DNA from: Gemmatimonadales bacterium UBA4456 | GTDB taxonomy: Bacteria > Gemmatimonadota > Gemmatimonadetes > Longimicrobiales > Gaopeijiaceae | Length of the DNA: 64,000 nt | Direction: 5' to 3' | NCBI GenBank assembly: GCA_002390225.1 | Contig: DGOW01000054.1 | Span: forward strand, 71,364-135,363 | In this document: piece after piece, positions 37,911-46,712 of the stretch | How the letters are laid out: each line of letters opens with the position of its first letter | How positions within the stretch are numbered: position 1 is the stretch's first letter | Notes under the pieces: model-generated | Told to the model about the DNA's origin: nothing | The model's database searches: none | The model's input: only the letters and a program-made list of their open reading frames with translations | Translations under genes and position numbers: made by a program

Positions 37911-38351
37911 TCAGCTCGACTTCTGCTTCCCGGCCACCAGCACGTCGTAGGTCGCCCTCTGAGCCGGACTCAGGTTGGGTGGCAGTCCAACGAGCAGGGT
38001 CTTTGTGCCTGAGTCGGACGGCATGTGGAGGACGAGTCCGCCTGCCTCGGGCCCTTCGTACGGGTGGGAACGACCGGTGTCATCGATGCGGACAGTGTCG
38101 CCGGGTGCCAGCGCGATAGCGAGGCGGCGGCCGTACTCGGTCCACGCGTGCATGGGGTTCACGTTTCCAGAGGCGACAGAGGGGATCAACGTATCCCGGT
38201 AGTAGGCGACCGCGTCCTCGTACCCGGTCGGGTTTGCTTCGCGTAGCTCACGCATCCGTTCGCGGTAGAACTCCCGCGGATCGCGGGCTCCACTGTCTTC
38301 GAGTGCTTCGTTGAGCCGTCGATCGGCCTGTGCGGTGATATCAGTGGTCAT
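37911..38351 (-). CDS. hypothetical protein
   Basis: ORF 37911..38381; start ambiguous (Met at 38381 or 38351). GC-rich third positions support coding. No family recognised. Confidence 0.5.
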   Translation of the reverse strand: MTTDITAQADRRLNEALEDSGARDPREFYRERMRELREANPTGYEDAVAYYRDTLIPSVASGNVNPMHAWTEYGRRLAIALAPGDTVRIDDTGRSHPYEGPEAGGLVLHMPSDSGTKTLLVGLPPNLSPAQRATYDVLVAGKQKSS

Positions 38352-38412
38352 GTGGTGAGCATCTCGACGTACGTGTTTCACGTCAACGTCAGCTTTTCTC
38401 TAGCTTTCGTGC

Positions 38413-38970
38413 ATGAACACACCGAACTCCCGTCATCCGGATCCCTTTGCACCCAAGCAGAACACGATTCCTGATGAGTTTCTCGAGATCGATTGGGCGT
38501 TCTTCGGCGAGTTATGCAGGGCGCTCGCGCTGAAAGTCGCTCGTGAATTCAATCCCGACGTGGTGGTCGGGATCGCGCGGGCCGGTGTCATTCCCGGGGC
38601 CGTGATCGCCTCGATGCTCCGCCTCGACTTCTATTCGATGAAGATCTCGCGTCGGAGTTGGGACGACACGATCAGAGACCGTCCTGAGGTCCTCTCCTCG
38701 GCGCCTCGGCAGCTCGAGGACAAGCGTGTCCTCATTGTCGACGAGATCACGACATCGGGAGATACGCTCCGTCTCGCACTCGCTGCGGTTCGCGACGTGC
38801 ATCCCGCGGAGGTTCGGACTGCGACCAGCTTTGCACGGACGGGCGGTTATGAGCCCGACTTCAGTGCGATCACCATGAGTGCTAATGTCATTTTTCCGTG
38901 GGATCGGAAAATCTTCGACGGCAACGACTTCGTGGTGAACCCTCGATACGAAGGCTTCCTGGACGAGTAG
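38413..38970 (+). CDS. phosphoribosyltransferase (purine PRT-like)
   Basis: 185 aa. PRPP-binding loop VLIVDEITTSGDTL. Confidence 0.85.
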   Translation: MNTPNSRHPDPFAPKQNTIPDEFLEIDWAFFGELCRALALKVAREFNPDVVVGIARAGVIPGAVIASMLRLDFYSMKISRRSWDDTIRDRPEVLSSAPRQLEDKRVLIVDEITTSGDTLRLALAAVRDVHPAEVRTATSFARTGGYEPDFSAITMSANVIFPWDRKIFDGNDFVVNPRYEGFLDE

Positions 38971-38972
38971 CG

Positions 38973-40232
38973 TCAGACGCCGCGGGTCATCTCGTCGAGA
39001 AACTCGTCATTCGTCCTCGTCATCTTCATCCGGCTGATGAGAAACGAGATCGCTTCCTCCGGGGGCATGTCCGAGAGGAAGTTTCGCAGCAGAAAGACGC
39101 GGTTCAGTTCTACGTCCGTGAGCAGTAACTCTTCCTTGCGCGTGCTCGACCTGTTCAGGTCGATCGCTGGAAAGATCCGCTGCTCTGCGATCTCGCGAGC
39201 GAGCACGAGCTCCATGTTCCCGGTACCCTTGAACTCTTCGAAGATCACTTCGTCCATGCGGCTTCCGGTTTCGATCAGAGCCGTAGCGACGATGGTCAGC
39301 GACCCACCGTCCATGATGTTGCGGGCCGAGCCGAAGAAGTGCTTCGGCTTCTGGAGCGCCTTGGTGTCGAGGCCGCCGGACATGATACGGCCTGAGCGAC
39401 GGATCGCGGCGTTGTAGGCTCGCCCAAGCCGCGTAATGGAATCCAGCAGGATCACGACGTCATTCCCGTGCTCGACCAGGCGCTTGGCTTTTTCCAGGAC
39501 CATCTCGGCCACCTGGATGTGTCGCTTCGCTGATTCGTCGAAGGTAGACGCGATCACTTCACCCTGGACCTTCGCCTTCATCTCCGTCACTTCTTCGGGT
39601 CGCTCGTCGATGAGCAGAACAATGAGGTGAACGTCGGGCCAATTTTGAGAGATGGCGTCGGCCATCTGCTGAAGGATCATCGTCTTTCCCGCCTTCGGAG
39701 GCGACACGATCAGACCTCGCTGCCCCTCGCCGATAGGGGCGATGAGATCGACGATACGCATCGCGATTCCCTGGTCGTCGTCGGGCACCTCGAGGCTGAG
39801 TCGCTTCTCCGGGTAGCGCGGCTTTAGCTTGTCGAACTCGCCACGCTCGAGGGCGTGTTCCGGATCGGTTCCATTGAGGGAATCGATCTTCTCGAGCGCG
39901 ATGTACTTCTCTCCCTTTCGTGGCGGGCGCACCTGGCCGACGAGCGTATCGCCGGTTCGGAGCTGGAGTCGCTTGATCTGCGCAGGACTGATGTAGACGT
40001 CGTCCGGGCTGCTCACGTAGCTCCACACCTGAGAGCGCAGAAACCCATAGCCCTCGGGGAGAATCTCGAGCACACCCTCACTGGTCAGTGAATCCCCCTG
40101 CTCGAGCAATGCGTGCTCGATCGCGAGGACCAGATCCTGCTTGCGAAGGGCAAGGTACTGACTGAGGTTCAAGCCTTCAGCCAGATCGTGTAGCTCTCCG
40201 ACGTTCTTGCTCTGAAGCTCGGCGATATCCAC
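38973..40232 (-). CDS. rho: transcription termination factor Rho
   Basis: 419 aa. Has an N-terminal Rho_N (ELQSKNVGELHDLA), an RNA-binding OB region, Walker A PPKAGKT, and the full-length Rho C-terminus. Confidence 0.97.
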   Translation of the reverse strand: MDIAELQSKNVGELHDLAEGLNLSQYLALRKQDLVLAIEHALLEQGDSLTSEGVLEILPEGYGFLRSQVWSYVSSPDDVYISPAQIKRLQLRTGDTLVGQVRPPRKGEKYIALEKIDSLNGTDPEHALERGEFDKLKPRYPEKRLSLEVPDDDQGIAMRIVDLIAPIGEGQRGLIVSPPKAGKTMILQQMADAISQNWPDVHLIVLLIDERPEEVTEMKAKVQGEVIASTFDESAKRHIQVAEMVLEKAKRLVEHGNDVVILLDSITRLGRAYNAAIRRSGRIMSGGLDTKALQKPKHFFGSARNIMDGGSLTIVATALIETGSRMDEVIFEEFKGTGNMELVLAREIAEQRIFPAIDLNRSSTRKEELLLTDVELNRVFLLRNFLSDMPPEEAISFLISRMKMTRTNDEFLDEMTRGV

Positions 40233-40411
40233 AGAGATTTCTGTGCGGGGGAGGAGCCGGGCGCGACCCCGATGGGTGGCGCACGTACAATGAGAGAAGT
40301 GGCCCTCGGGCCGATGAGGAGCTGAGTGCCAGCGATCTCACGCTCCAATTACGTGGAGCGGGCTGGCAATCAGGAGACCGAACCGTCGTTCCTTCGATCC
40401 GGGCGAACGTA

Positions 40412-41572
40412 ATGAGCGCGAAAAATGGGGTCAAGCATGATCCCTCAGCCTGGTTCGAGCTGCTCTCCGAGTATCGGCTGACGACACTGCCGTATGACAC
40501 CGTGTTAAGCGGTGTGCTGCGGGAGGATCTTTCACCCGATCACCCGGACGTTCTGGAGGCGATCGCAGCGTGGCCGGCGCCGGTTCACCTGGAGCACGGC
40601 GTTGACGGGATCGATGTCGTGCTGGTGTATCAGTTGAAGGCTCCGAAGAAGGACTCCTTGCTCGTACACGCGCTCCTCCTGCTCGCGACGCTCGTGACGA
40701 CGCTGGGGTCGGGTGCATTGATGGCTGGCGCAGATCCGTTCGCGACCCGCTTCCTCGAGCTGCCGGGCTTCACCCTGCCGTACCCGTCAGGCTTCGACGG
40801 CGTGAAGCTCTGGCTCGGTGCATCGTTCGCGCTCCCGTTTCTGGGCGTGCTGCTCTCGCACGAGATGGGCCACTTTTATGCAGCGCGTATGCACCGGGTG
40901 CGGGCGAGCCTTCCGTACTTCCTTCCGTTTCCGCCCTACTTCTCGGTGATCGGGACCCTGGGTGCCTTCATCCGTCTTCGGGGCCCTACGGTTCGTCGGT
41001 CGAGCCTCTTTGACATCGGGATTTCTGGTCCGCTCGCGTCGTTCATACTCTCTCTCCCGATGTTTGCCCTCGGACTCACTTGGTCGCAGGCGGTGACGGT
41101 CCCGGCCGATGCGCTGACACCCTTTGCGATTCGCTTCGGAGCTCAGACGGTCTGGCTGGGCAACGGCGTGCTGACCCACGTACTAGCGAGCGTGTTCGGG
41201 CCTGGCTCCTTTGGAGAGCAGCTGATCGTGCTGCATCCGGTTGCGCTTGCCGGGTGGCTGGGTCTGTTCGTGACGGCGTTGAACCTGCTCCCGCTCGGTC
41301 AGCTCGACGGTGGCCATATCCTCTACGCGCTGTTCCCTCGACGGCACGATCGCATTGCTCAGACGTTTCTTCTCCTGCTCCTTCCGCTGGGATGGTTGTG
41401 GTGGGGGTGGTGGGCGTGGGCTGCTCTTATCCTCGTGCTCCACCGAGGCAGGGTAAGTCACCCCAGCGTGGTCCTCCCGGAGTCGGTCATGGACGGGCCT
41501 CGCCGCGCGCTGGGTTGGGTGATGATTCTGATGTTTTTGCTGACATTTGCTCCGGTACCTCTGACGTTGTAA
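40412..41572 (+). CDS. site-2 protease family (M50) membrane metalloprotease
   Basis: 386 aa. HEMGH zinc motif inside a TM helix and multiple TM segments. NLLPLGQLDGGH is the LDG motif. Confidence 0.88.
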   Translation: MSAKNGVKHDPSAWFELLSEYRLTTLPYDTVLSGVLREDLSPDHPDVLEAIAAWPAPVHLEHGVDGIDVVLVYQLKAPKKDSLLVHALLLLATLVTTLGSGALMAGADPFATRFLELPGFTLPYPSGFDGVKLWLGASFALPFLGVLLSHEMGHFYAARMHRVRASLPYFLPFPPYFSVIGTLGAFIRLRGPTVRRSSLFDIGISGPLASFILSLPMFALGLTWSQAVTVPADALTPFAIRFGAQTVWLGNGVLTHVLASVFGPGSFGEQLIVLHPVALAGWLGLFVTALNLLPLGQLDGGHILYALFPRRHDRIAQTFLLLLLPLGWLWWGWWAWAALILVLHRGRVSHPSVVLPESVMDGPRRALGWVMILMFLLTFAPVPLTL

Positions 41573-41625
41573 ATCCCGAAAACTGTGAATGCGCTAACGG
41601 GCATGTGCTAGGTATCTGAAGCGCT

Positions 41626-42078
41626 TTGTGGCGATATCGATATCGAAAATCCTTGACTATTAAGGATGTGAAACGAAGCTTCGGGCAGATCGCTTTTTCC
41701 AGAAAATTACAAAAGAGTTTCGGCGTGGCACGACACAATCGTGAGGGATCTGGCGCAGACCAGCGCGGCTTCGAGTACGCGGTCAGCTATCAGCCGGACT
41801 GGCTGAAGCGTGTGACGGTCACGCGACAGCTCGAAACGGGCCGGCAGTCGACGAAGACGCTCTTCCGAAGCCCTGCGTCCGGTTCCGAGACCGAGCCTGG
41901 CGACCGGATTCGTACCCGTATCGTGTCGGCCGACCAGTCATTGGACTTCGAGGTCGCCCTGACTGACCCTCGCGCCTCCGTGAAGCGGATGCGCATCTCC
42001 TACGAACTGCCGGGCGGCAATGGACGAATGGAAGAGGTCGAGTTCATGTTGGAAAGTCAGGACCCTTCGGGAGACTAG
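41626..42078 (+). CDS. hypothetical protein (start uncertain)
   Basis: ORF opens at TTG 41626, but the first ~100 nt are AT-rich and non-coding-like. The distal two thirds have GC-rich third positions. Possible GTG starts lie near 41665 and 41722. No family recognised. Confidence 0.4.
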   Translation: MWRYRYRKSLTIKDVKRSFGQIAFSRKLQKSFGVARHNREGSGADQRGFEYAVSYQPDWLKRVTVTRQLETGRQSTKTLFRSPASGSETEPGDRIRTRIVSADQSLDFEVALTDPRASVKRMRISYELPGGNGRMEEVEFMLESQDPSGD

Positions 42079-42418
42079 CTGGTTCGTCCACTTTCCGGTT
42101 GTTGTATAATCGGAAATACCTTCTTTTCACGCCCCTGTCCGGACCGTCGGCCGTGGAGTTCTGCAGTCTCTCTCATCTGTCGCGCGGGTCGACTCCGCGT
42201 TCGTCTGTATGGATCGGATCGCGGCTCGGGTAGAGGCCGGAGAGGGTTCACTCGGTCGACTGCTCTCGGATTCCATGCTCGCCATCCGAGCGGAAGATGT
42301 TCTGTTTCAGCTCGACCTCCTTCTGTAGCGCATCTGGGTAAACCGACGCCGTCACTTTCGTCTTTCGATCTTCTGATTCAGGACCGTTGGGTCCGATCTG
42401 CTCAAGGGCCCTCCCGCC

Positions 42419-42886
42419 ATGTCTTTTACCGATGATGATGCCCCCTCGGCCCGCATAGAGATCAGCGCGGGTGGCGTCGTCGTGAGGGCGATTGCGGGTG
42501 TGCACCATGCCCTGGTCATCCGGGATCCGTATCAAAAATGGGGTCTTCCCAAGGGGCATGCGGAGGAAGGGGAGACCACGGAGGAGACCGCGTTGCGTGA
42601 GGTTCTGGAGGAAACGGGTCTGACCGATCTCCGCCTTGGCGACGAGTTGGTCACGATTGACTGGGTCTTCCATGCTCAGGGCCACAAAGTACACAAGTTC
42701 ACGACGTTCTTCCTCATGTACTCGGAGTCGGGAGATCCCACTCCAGAGGAACGCGAAGGGATCACGGCGTGCGAATGGGTTCGCCTCGATGCGGCCCATA
42801 ATCGGATCTCCTACGAGAACGCCAGTGAGGTCGTGAAGGTCGCGCAGCGGGTGTTGGACTCCGGCACGATCGAAGCTGCCGGCTGA
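42419..42886 (+). CDS. NUDIX hydrolase
   Basis: 155 aa. Nudix box GLPKGHAEEGETTEETALREVLEETG. Preferred over the overlapping antisense ORF 42248..42985. Confidence 0.9.
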   Translation: MSFTDDDAPSARIEISAGGVVVRAIAGVHHALVIRDPYQKWGLPKGHAEEGETTEETALREVLEETGLTDLRLGDELVTIDWVFHAQGHKVHKFTTFFLMYSESGDPTPEEREGITACEWVRLDAAHNRISYENASEVVKVAQRVLDSGTIEAAG

Positions 42887-43053
42887 CCAATCGCCCGGGC
42901 TCTGAATGTGGCCCGTTGCTCGCCCCCGGGGACCGATTAGACTTGAGGTCTGCCGGTCCTCACAACCCGTGTCGACCCTTTCCAATTCAGGACAGATCCC
43001 GACCCAGGGGCACCCTTCACCGGGCGCCGTAGGTGGTCGGGTTTCCGGAGCCG

Positions 43054-44061
43054 ATGGCTGACAACATCCGGGATATCACGATCATTGGTGGTGGGCCGAC
43101 TGGGCTCTTCGCCGCGTTCTACGCCGGAATGCGTGGTTCATCGTGTCGCATTATCGATTCGCTGCCTGAGCTCGGCGGACAGCTGGCTGCGCTCTATCCT
43201 GAGAAGTACATCCACGATGTGGGTGGCTTCCCAAAGGTGCTGGCGAAAGATCTTGTGCACGGGCTGGTCGAGCAGGCTCTCCAGTTCGATCCGGACGTGG
43301 TCGTGGACGAACAGGTGCGCGATCTGGAGCACACCGATGATCACTTCGTGCTTCATTGCGCGAAGGGGTCGTACGGTACGCGGTCGATCGTGATCGCGGG
43401 GGGGAAGGGCGCGTTCGAACCGATGCCCCTCAAGTGCCCGGGGTATGAGGAATTCATGCACAGCGGCGTCGAATACGCGGTGCGCGATCCCGAGGCTTTC
43501 CGCGGGCGGAAGGTTGTGGTCGTCGGGGGTGGAGACACCGCCCTCGACTTCGTGGTCATGCTCAAGGATGTCGCCGAGTCCATAACGCTGGTTCACCGTC
43601 GCGACGGCTGGCGGGCCCATGCTGCGACCGTGTCACAGGTGGAGCATGCAGCGTCTTCGGGTGAGGTCGAGCTGCGCACCTTCTACGAGGTGCGAGAGAT
43701 CCTCGGGGACGGCGTCGTCGATCGCGTGACGATCTTCGACAACCGCACCGATGAGGACGTGACCCTCGAGTGCGACACGGTACTCTCCTGTCTCGGATTC
43801 AAGCCTGACCTGGGCCCGATCAAGTCATGGGGTCTCGAGGTCGAGAAGAACCGCATTCTCGTCAACGCGCTGATGGCGACGAATGTGTCGGGAATCTTCG
43901 CTGCGGGTGACGTAGTGAACTACGAAGGGAAACTGGATCTCATCGCCACGGGTTTTGCCGAGGCCGCCGTCGCCGTGAACAATGCAGTGCACCACGTCGA
44001 CCCATCGGCCCGGGTGAACCCCGGCCATTCCACGAACATGAAAATCTTCAAGGACGAGTGA
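43054..44061 (+). CDS. thioredoxin-reductase-like ferredoxin-NADP+ reductase (YumC-type)
   Basis: Internal Met of ORF 43033..44061. Has [12 protein letters not shown] and [15 protein letters not shown] dinucleotide motifs and lacks the CxxC of TrxB. Confidence 0.85.
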   Translation: MADNIRDITIIGGGPTGLFAAFYAGMRGSSCRIIDSLPELGGQLAALYPEKYIHDVGGFPKVLAKDLVHGLVEQALQFDPDVVVDEQVRDLEHTDDHFVLHCAKGSYGTRSIVIAGGKGAFEPMPLKCPGYEEFMHSGVEYAVRDPEAFRGRKVVVVGGGDTALDFVVMLKDVAESITLVHRRDGWRAHAATVSQVEHAASSGEVELRTFYEVREILGDGVVDRVTIFDNRTDEDVTLECDTVLSCLGFKPDLGPIKSWGLEVEKNRILVNALMATNVSGIFAAGDVVNYEGKLDLIATGFAEAAVAVNNAVHHVDPSARVNPGHSTNMKIFKDE

Positions 44062-44071
44062 GGAACCGAGC

Positions 44072-45085
44072 ATGATCGAACACGGCACGCCTCAACACGA
44101 AAAGGTCGTCATCATCGGGTCTGGCCCGGCGGGTTGGACCGCCGCGATCTACGCCGCCCGCGCAGAGATGAACCCGTTCGTGATCGAGGGAAGCATCAGC
44201 AGGACGATGATCCCCGGTGGTCAGCTCATGTTCACCACCGAAGTCGAGAACTACCCGGGCTTCAAGGAAGGCGTCGACGGCCAGGCCCTCATGCTGGAGA
44301 TGAAGGATCAGGCGCTCCGCTTCGACACGAGGGTTCTCACCGAAGACGTTGTGGAGATCGACAAGGACGTCCACCCCTTCCGACTCACGACAACCAGCGG
44401 CACTGTCGTGACCGCCGACGCCGTGATTCTGGCCACCGGTGCGAATGCGAACTGGCTCGGCCTTCCGAACGAGGAGCGGCTGGCTCAGAGCGGTGGCGGT
44501 GTGAGCGCATGCGCGGTCTGTGACGGGGCGCTGCCTCACTTCCGTGATCAGGTGCTGGCCGTGATCGGGGGTGGTGACACGGCGATGGAGGACGCCCTCT
44601 ACCTGACGAAGTTCGCGAAGGAGGTCGTTGTCGTGCACCGTCGTGATGAGCTGCGCGCGTCGAAGATCATGGCCGAGCGCGCCGTGGAGAACGAAAAGAT
44701 CACGTTCGCCTGGAACACCGTCGTGACCGAGGTGCTGGGCGACGATGTGATCACAGGCCTGCGGCTCAAGGACGTGAATTCCGACGAAGAGCGCGAGCTA
44801 GCTGTCGGTGGTCTCTTCGTGGCGATCGGGCACGCACCGAACACCGGATTCCTGAAGGGCGTCGTGGACCTGAAGGAGAACGGCTACGTCGAAACGCCGG
44901 TCGCATGGCGTACGGAGACGTCGGTCCCGGGCATCTTCGCCGCGGGTGACGTCATGGACGACTACTACCGTCAGGCCGTCACGGCGGCGGGGACTGGTTG
45001 CATGGCTGCGCTCGAGGCCGAACGGTGGCTGGCGCACGGTGGCGCTGAAGCGCACACCACGGAGGCTATCGCGGCGGGAGACTGA
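44072..45085 (+). CDS. trxB: thioredoxin-disulfide reductase
   Basis: 337 aa. IIGSGPAG, redox-active [21 protein letters not shown]. Confidence 0.95.
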   Translation: MIEHGTPQHEKVVIIGSGPAGWTAAIYAARAEMNPFVIEGSISRTMIPGGQLMFTTEVENYPGFKEGVDGQALMLEMKDQALRFDTRVLTEDVVEIDKDVHPFRLTTTSGTVVTADAVILATGANANWLGLPNEERLAQSGGGVSACAVCDGALPHFRDQVLAVIGGGDTAMEDALYLTKFAKEVVVVHRRDELRASKIMAERAVENEKITFAWNTVVTEVLGDDVITGLRLKDVNSDEERELAVGGLFVAIGHAPNTGFLKGVVDLKENGYVETPVAWRTETSVPGIFAAGDVMDDYYRQAVTAAGTGCMAALEAERWLAHGGAEAHTTEAIAAGD

Positions 45086-45110
45086 CCGGCCAGCTCGGAG
45101 AGGCTGTTCT

Positions 45111-45863
45111 CTAGATCGGCGGTCCGGAGGGCCCGAGCAGCCTGCCACCGTCGACGGGCAGGATGTGGCCCGTGACGAAATCGGCCCCGATCAGATAGAG
45201 CAGCGCCTGAACGACGTTCTCCGGGCTTCCGGTGCGTTGGAGCGCGGCCCGTTCGGCAAGCGGCGCCCATCGCTCCTCCGGCCAGTCGTCTGGGGGTAGA
45301 ACCGCGCCTGGGGCGATCCCGTTCACGCGGACCTCCGGGGCCAGTGCCCGGGCCTGCACACGCGTGAGGTGGGCCAGTCCGGCCTTCGAGACCGCGTGGT
45401 GCGGGTATGCGCTCCACGCCTGCCAGGCAGACAGGTCCGTAATGTTGACCACACACCCCTTTGACTCGCGGAGCATGTCTGCGGCAGCGCGAACCATGAG
45501 GTGTGGTGCTCGAAGGTTCAGGTTCATAACCTGATCCCACTCGTCTGCGTCGACGTCCAGGAGTGAGACGGAGCGAAACGAGGCGGCCGAGTTCACGAGT
45601 ACGTCGAGGCGCCCGAACGACGTCCGCACGGTGTCGATGAGCCGGTCGGCAGCGCGTGCTTCACGCAGGTCGGCCTGAACGTGTACCAGCGTTCGACCCA
45701 GAGACGTGATCTCTTCGTCGAGCGTCTCCGCCTCGGCTGAGGACGACCGGTACGCGATCACGATGTCGTGACCGGCTTTCGCCAGACCGAGGCTGATCGC
45801 TCGGCCGACGCGAACGGCTCCGCCCGTCACTAGTGCTACGCGTTGCCTGTTACCGCCGGTCAT
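45111..45863 (-). CDS. SDR-family oxidoreductase, pteridine reductase/FolM-like
   Basis: Internal Met of ORF 45111..45926. TGGAVRVG matches the TGxxxRxG variant glycine motif of PTR1/FolM-type SDRs. YxxxK appears as YPHHAVSK. Confidence 0.75.
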   Translation of the reverse strand: MTGGNRQRVALVTGGAVRVGRAISLGLAKAGHDIVIAYRSSSAEAETLDEEITSLGRTLVHVQADLREARAADRLIDTVRTSFGRLDVLVNSAASFRSVSLLDVDADEWDQVMNLNLRAPHLMVRAAADMLRESKGCVVNITDLSAWQAWSAYPHHAVSKAGLAHLTRVQARALAPEVRVNGIAPGAVLPPDDWPEERWAPLAERAALQRTGSPENVVQALLYLIGADFVTGHILPVDGGRLLGPSGPPI

Positions 45864-45928
45864 CGCGAAACTCCTTGTCCCCGGCGCGATCGAAGCGCCG
45901 TTTTCATAAGGAATACGGAAAAGCATTC

Positions 45929-46642
45929 ATGCCGAACCTGACGGGCAAGGTCGCGATCGTGACGGGCAGTACCAAGGGCATCGGGCTCGCGATTGTGGAG
46001 CGGATGATCAACGAAGGGATGTCGGTTGTGGTGAACTCACGCACGGCCGACGACGTTCAGGCCGTGACAGACGGTCTCGGGAACAAGGCGATCGGGATTG
46101 CGTGTGATGTGGCCGATCCGGAAGCCTGCGCTCGACTCGTGGAGGAGACCGTTGAGCGTTTCGGGCAGCTGGATATTCTCGTGAACAACGCGGGGCTCGG
46201 CGTCTTCAAGCCGATTTCCGAGATGTCGATCGAAGAGTGGCAGCTCCAGATCAACGTGAACCTCGGCGCGGTCTTTTACCTGTCCAAGGCCGCGTTGCCG
46301 TATCTGAGCGCGACCGGAGACGGGTTCATCATCAACATCGGATCTCTGGCGAGCCGTAATACCTTCGCCAGTGGTACAGGGTACAACGCATCGAAGTTTG
46401 GTCTGCTTGGCATGAGCGAAGCGATGATGCTCGATGTCCGCCATGACGATGTCCGCGTCTCGATCGTCATGCCGGGCAGCGTGAATACGCACTTCAACAA
46501 CCATGAAATGTCGGCCGAGCGTAGTTGGAAGCTCGAGGCTGACGACTGTGCACTGGCCGTGATGCAGCTGCTGGAGTTTCCGAAGGAGGCGCACGTGAGC
46601 CGGGTTGAGATGCGCCCCAGTCAGCCGGGCTCGCGCTCGTGA
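45929..46642 (+). CDS. SDR-family oxidoreductase (classical)
   Basis: Internal Met of ORF 45833..46642. TGSTKGIG, NNAG and YNASK motifs. Confidence 0.88.
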   Translation: MPNLTGKVAIVTGSTKGIGLAIVERMINEGMSVVVNSRTADDVQAVTDGLGNKAIGIACDVADPEACARLVEETVERFGQLDILVNNAGLGVFKPISEMSIEEWQLQINVNLGAVFYLSKAALPYLSATGDGFIINIGSLASRNTFASGTGYNASKFGLLGMSEAMMLDVRHDDVRVSIVMPGSVNTHFNNHEMSAERSWKLEADDCALAVMQLLEFPKEAHVSRVEMRPSQPGSRS

Positions 46643-46712
46643 TTTAACAATCCGGGTGCGGAGTCGATTCAGAGATGTGGTCGGGAAATCGTGTAGATGA
46701 GAAAGGGGGAGG

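Noticed and set aside
42248-42985. 245-aa minus-strand ORF overlapping the NUDIX gene
   Set aside because: The plus-strand ORF carries a textbook Nudix box and the minus-strand product has no motifs. Only its 3' tail (42248-42355), outside the NUDIX gene, remains ambiguous; see the finding at 42083-42418.
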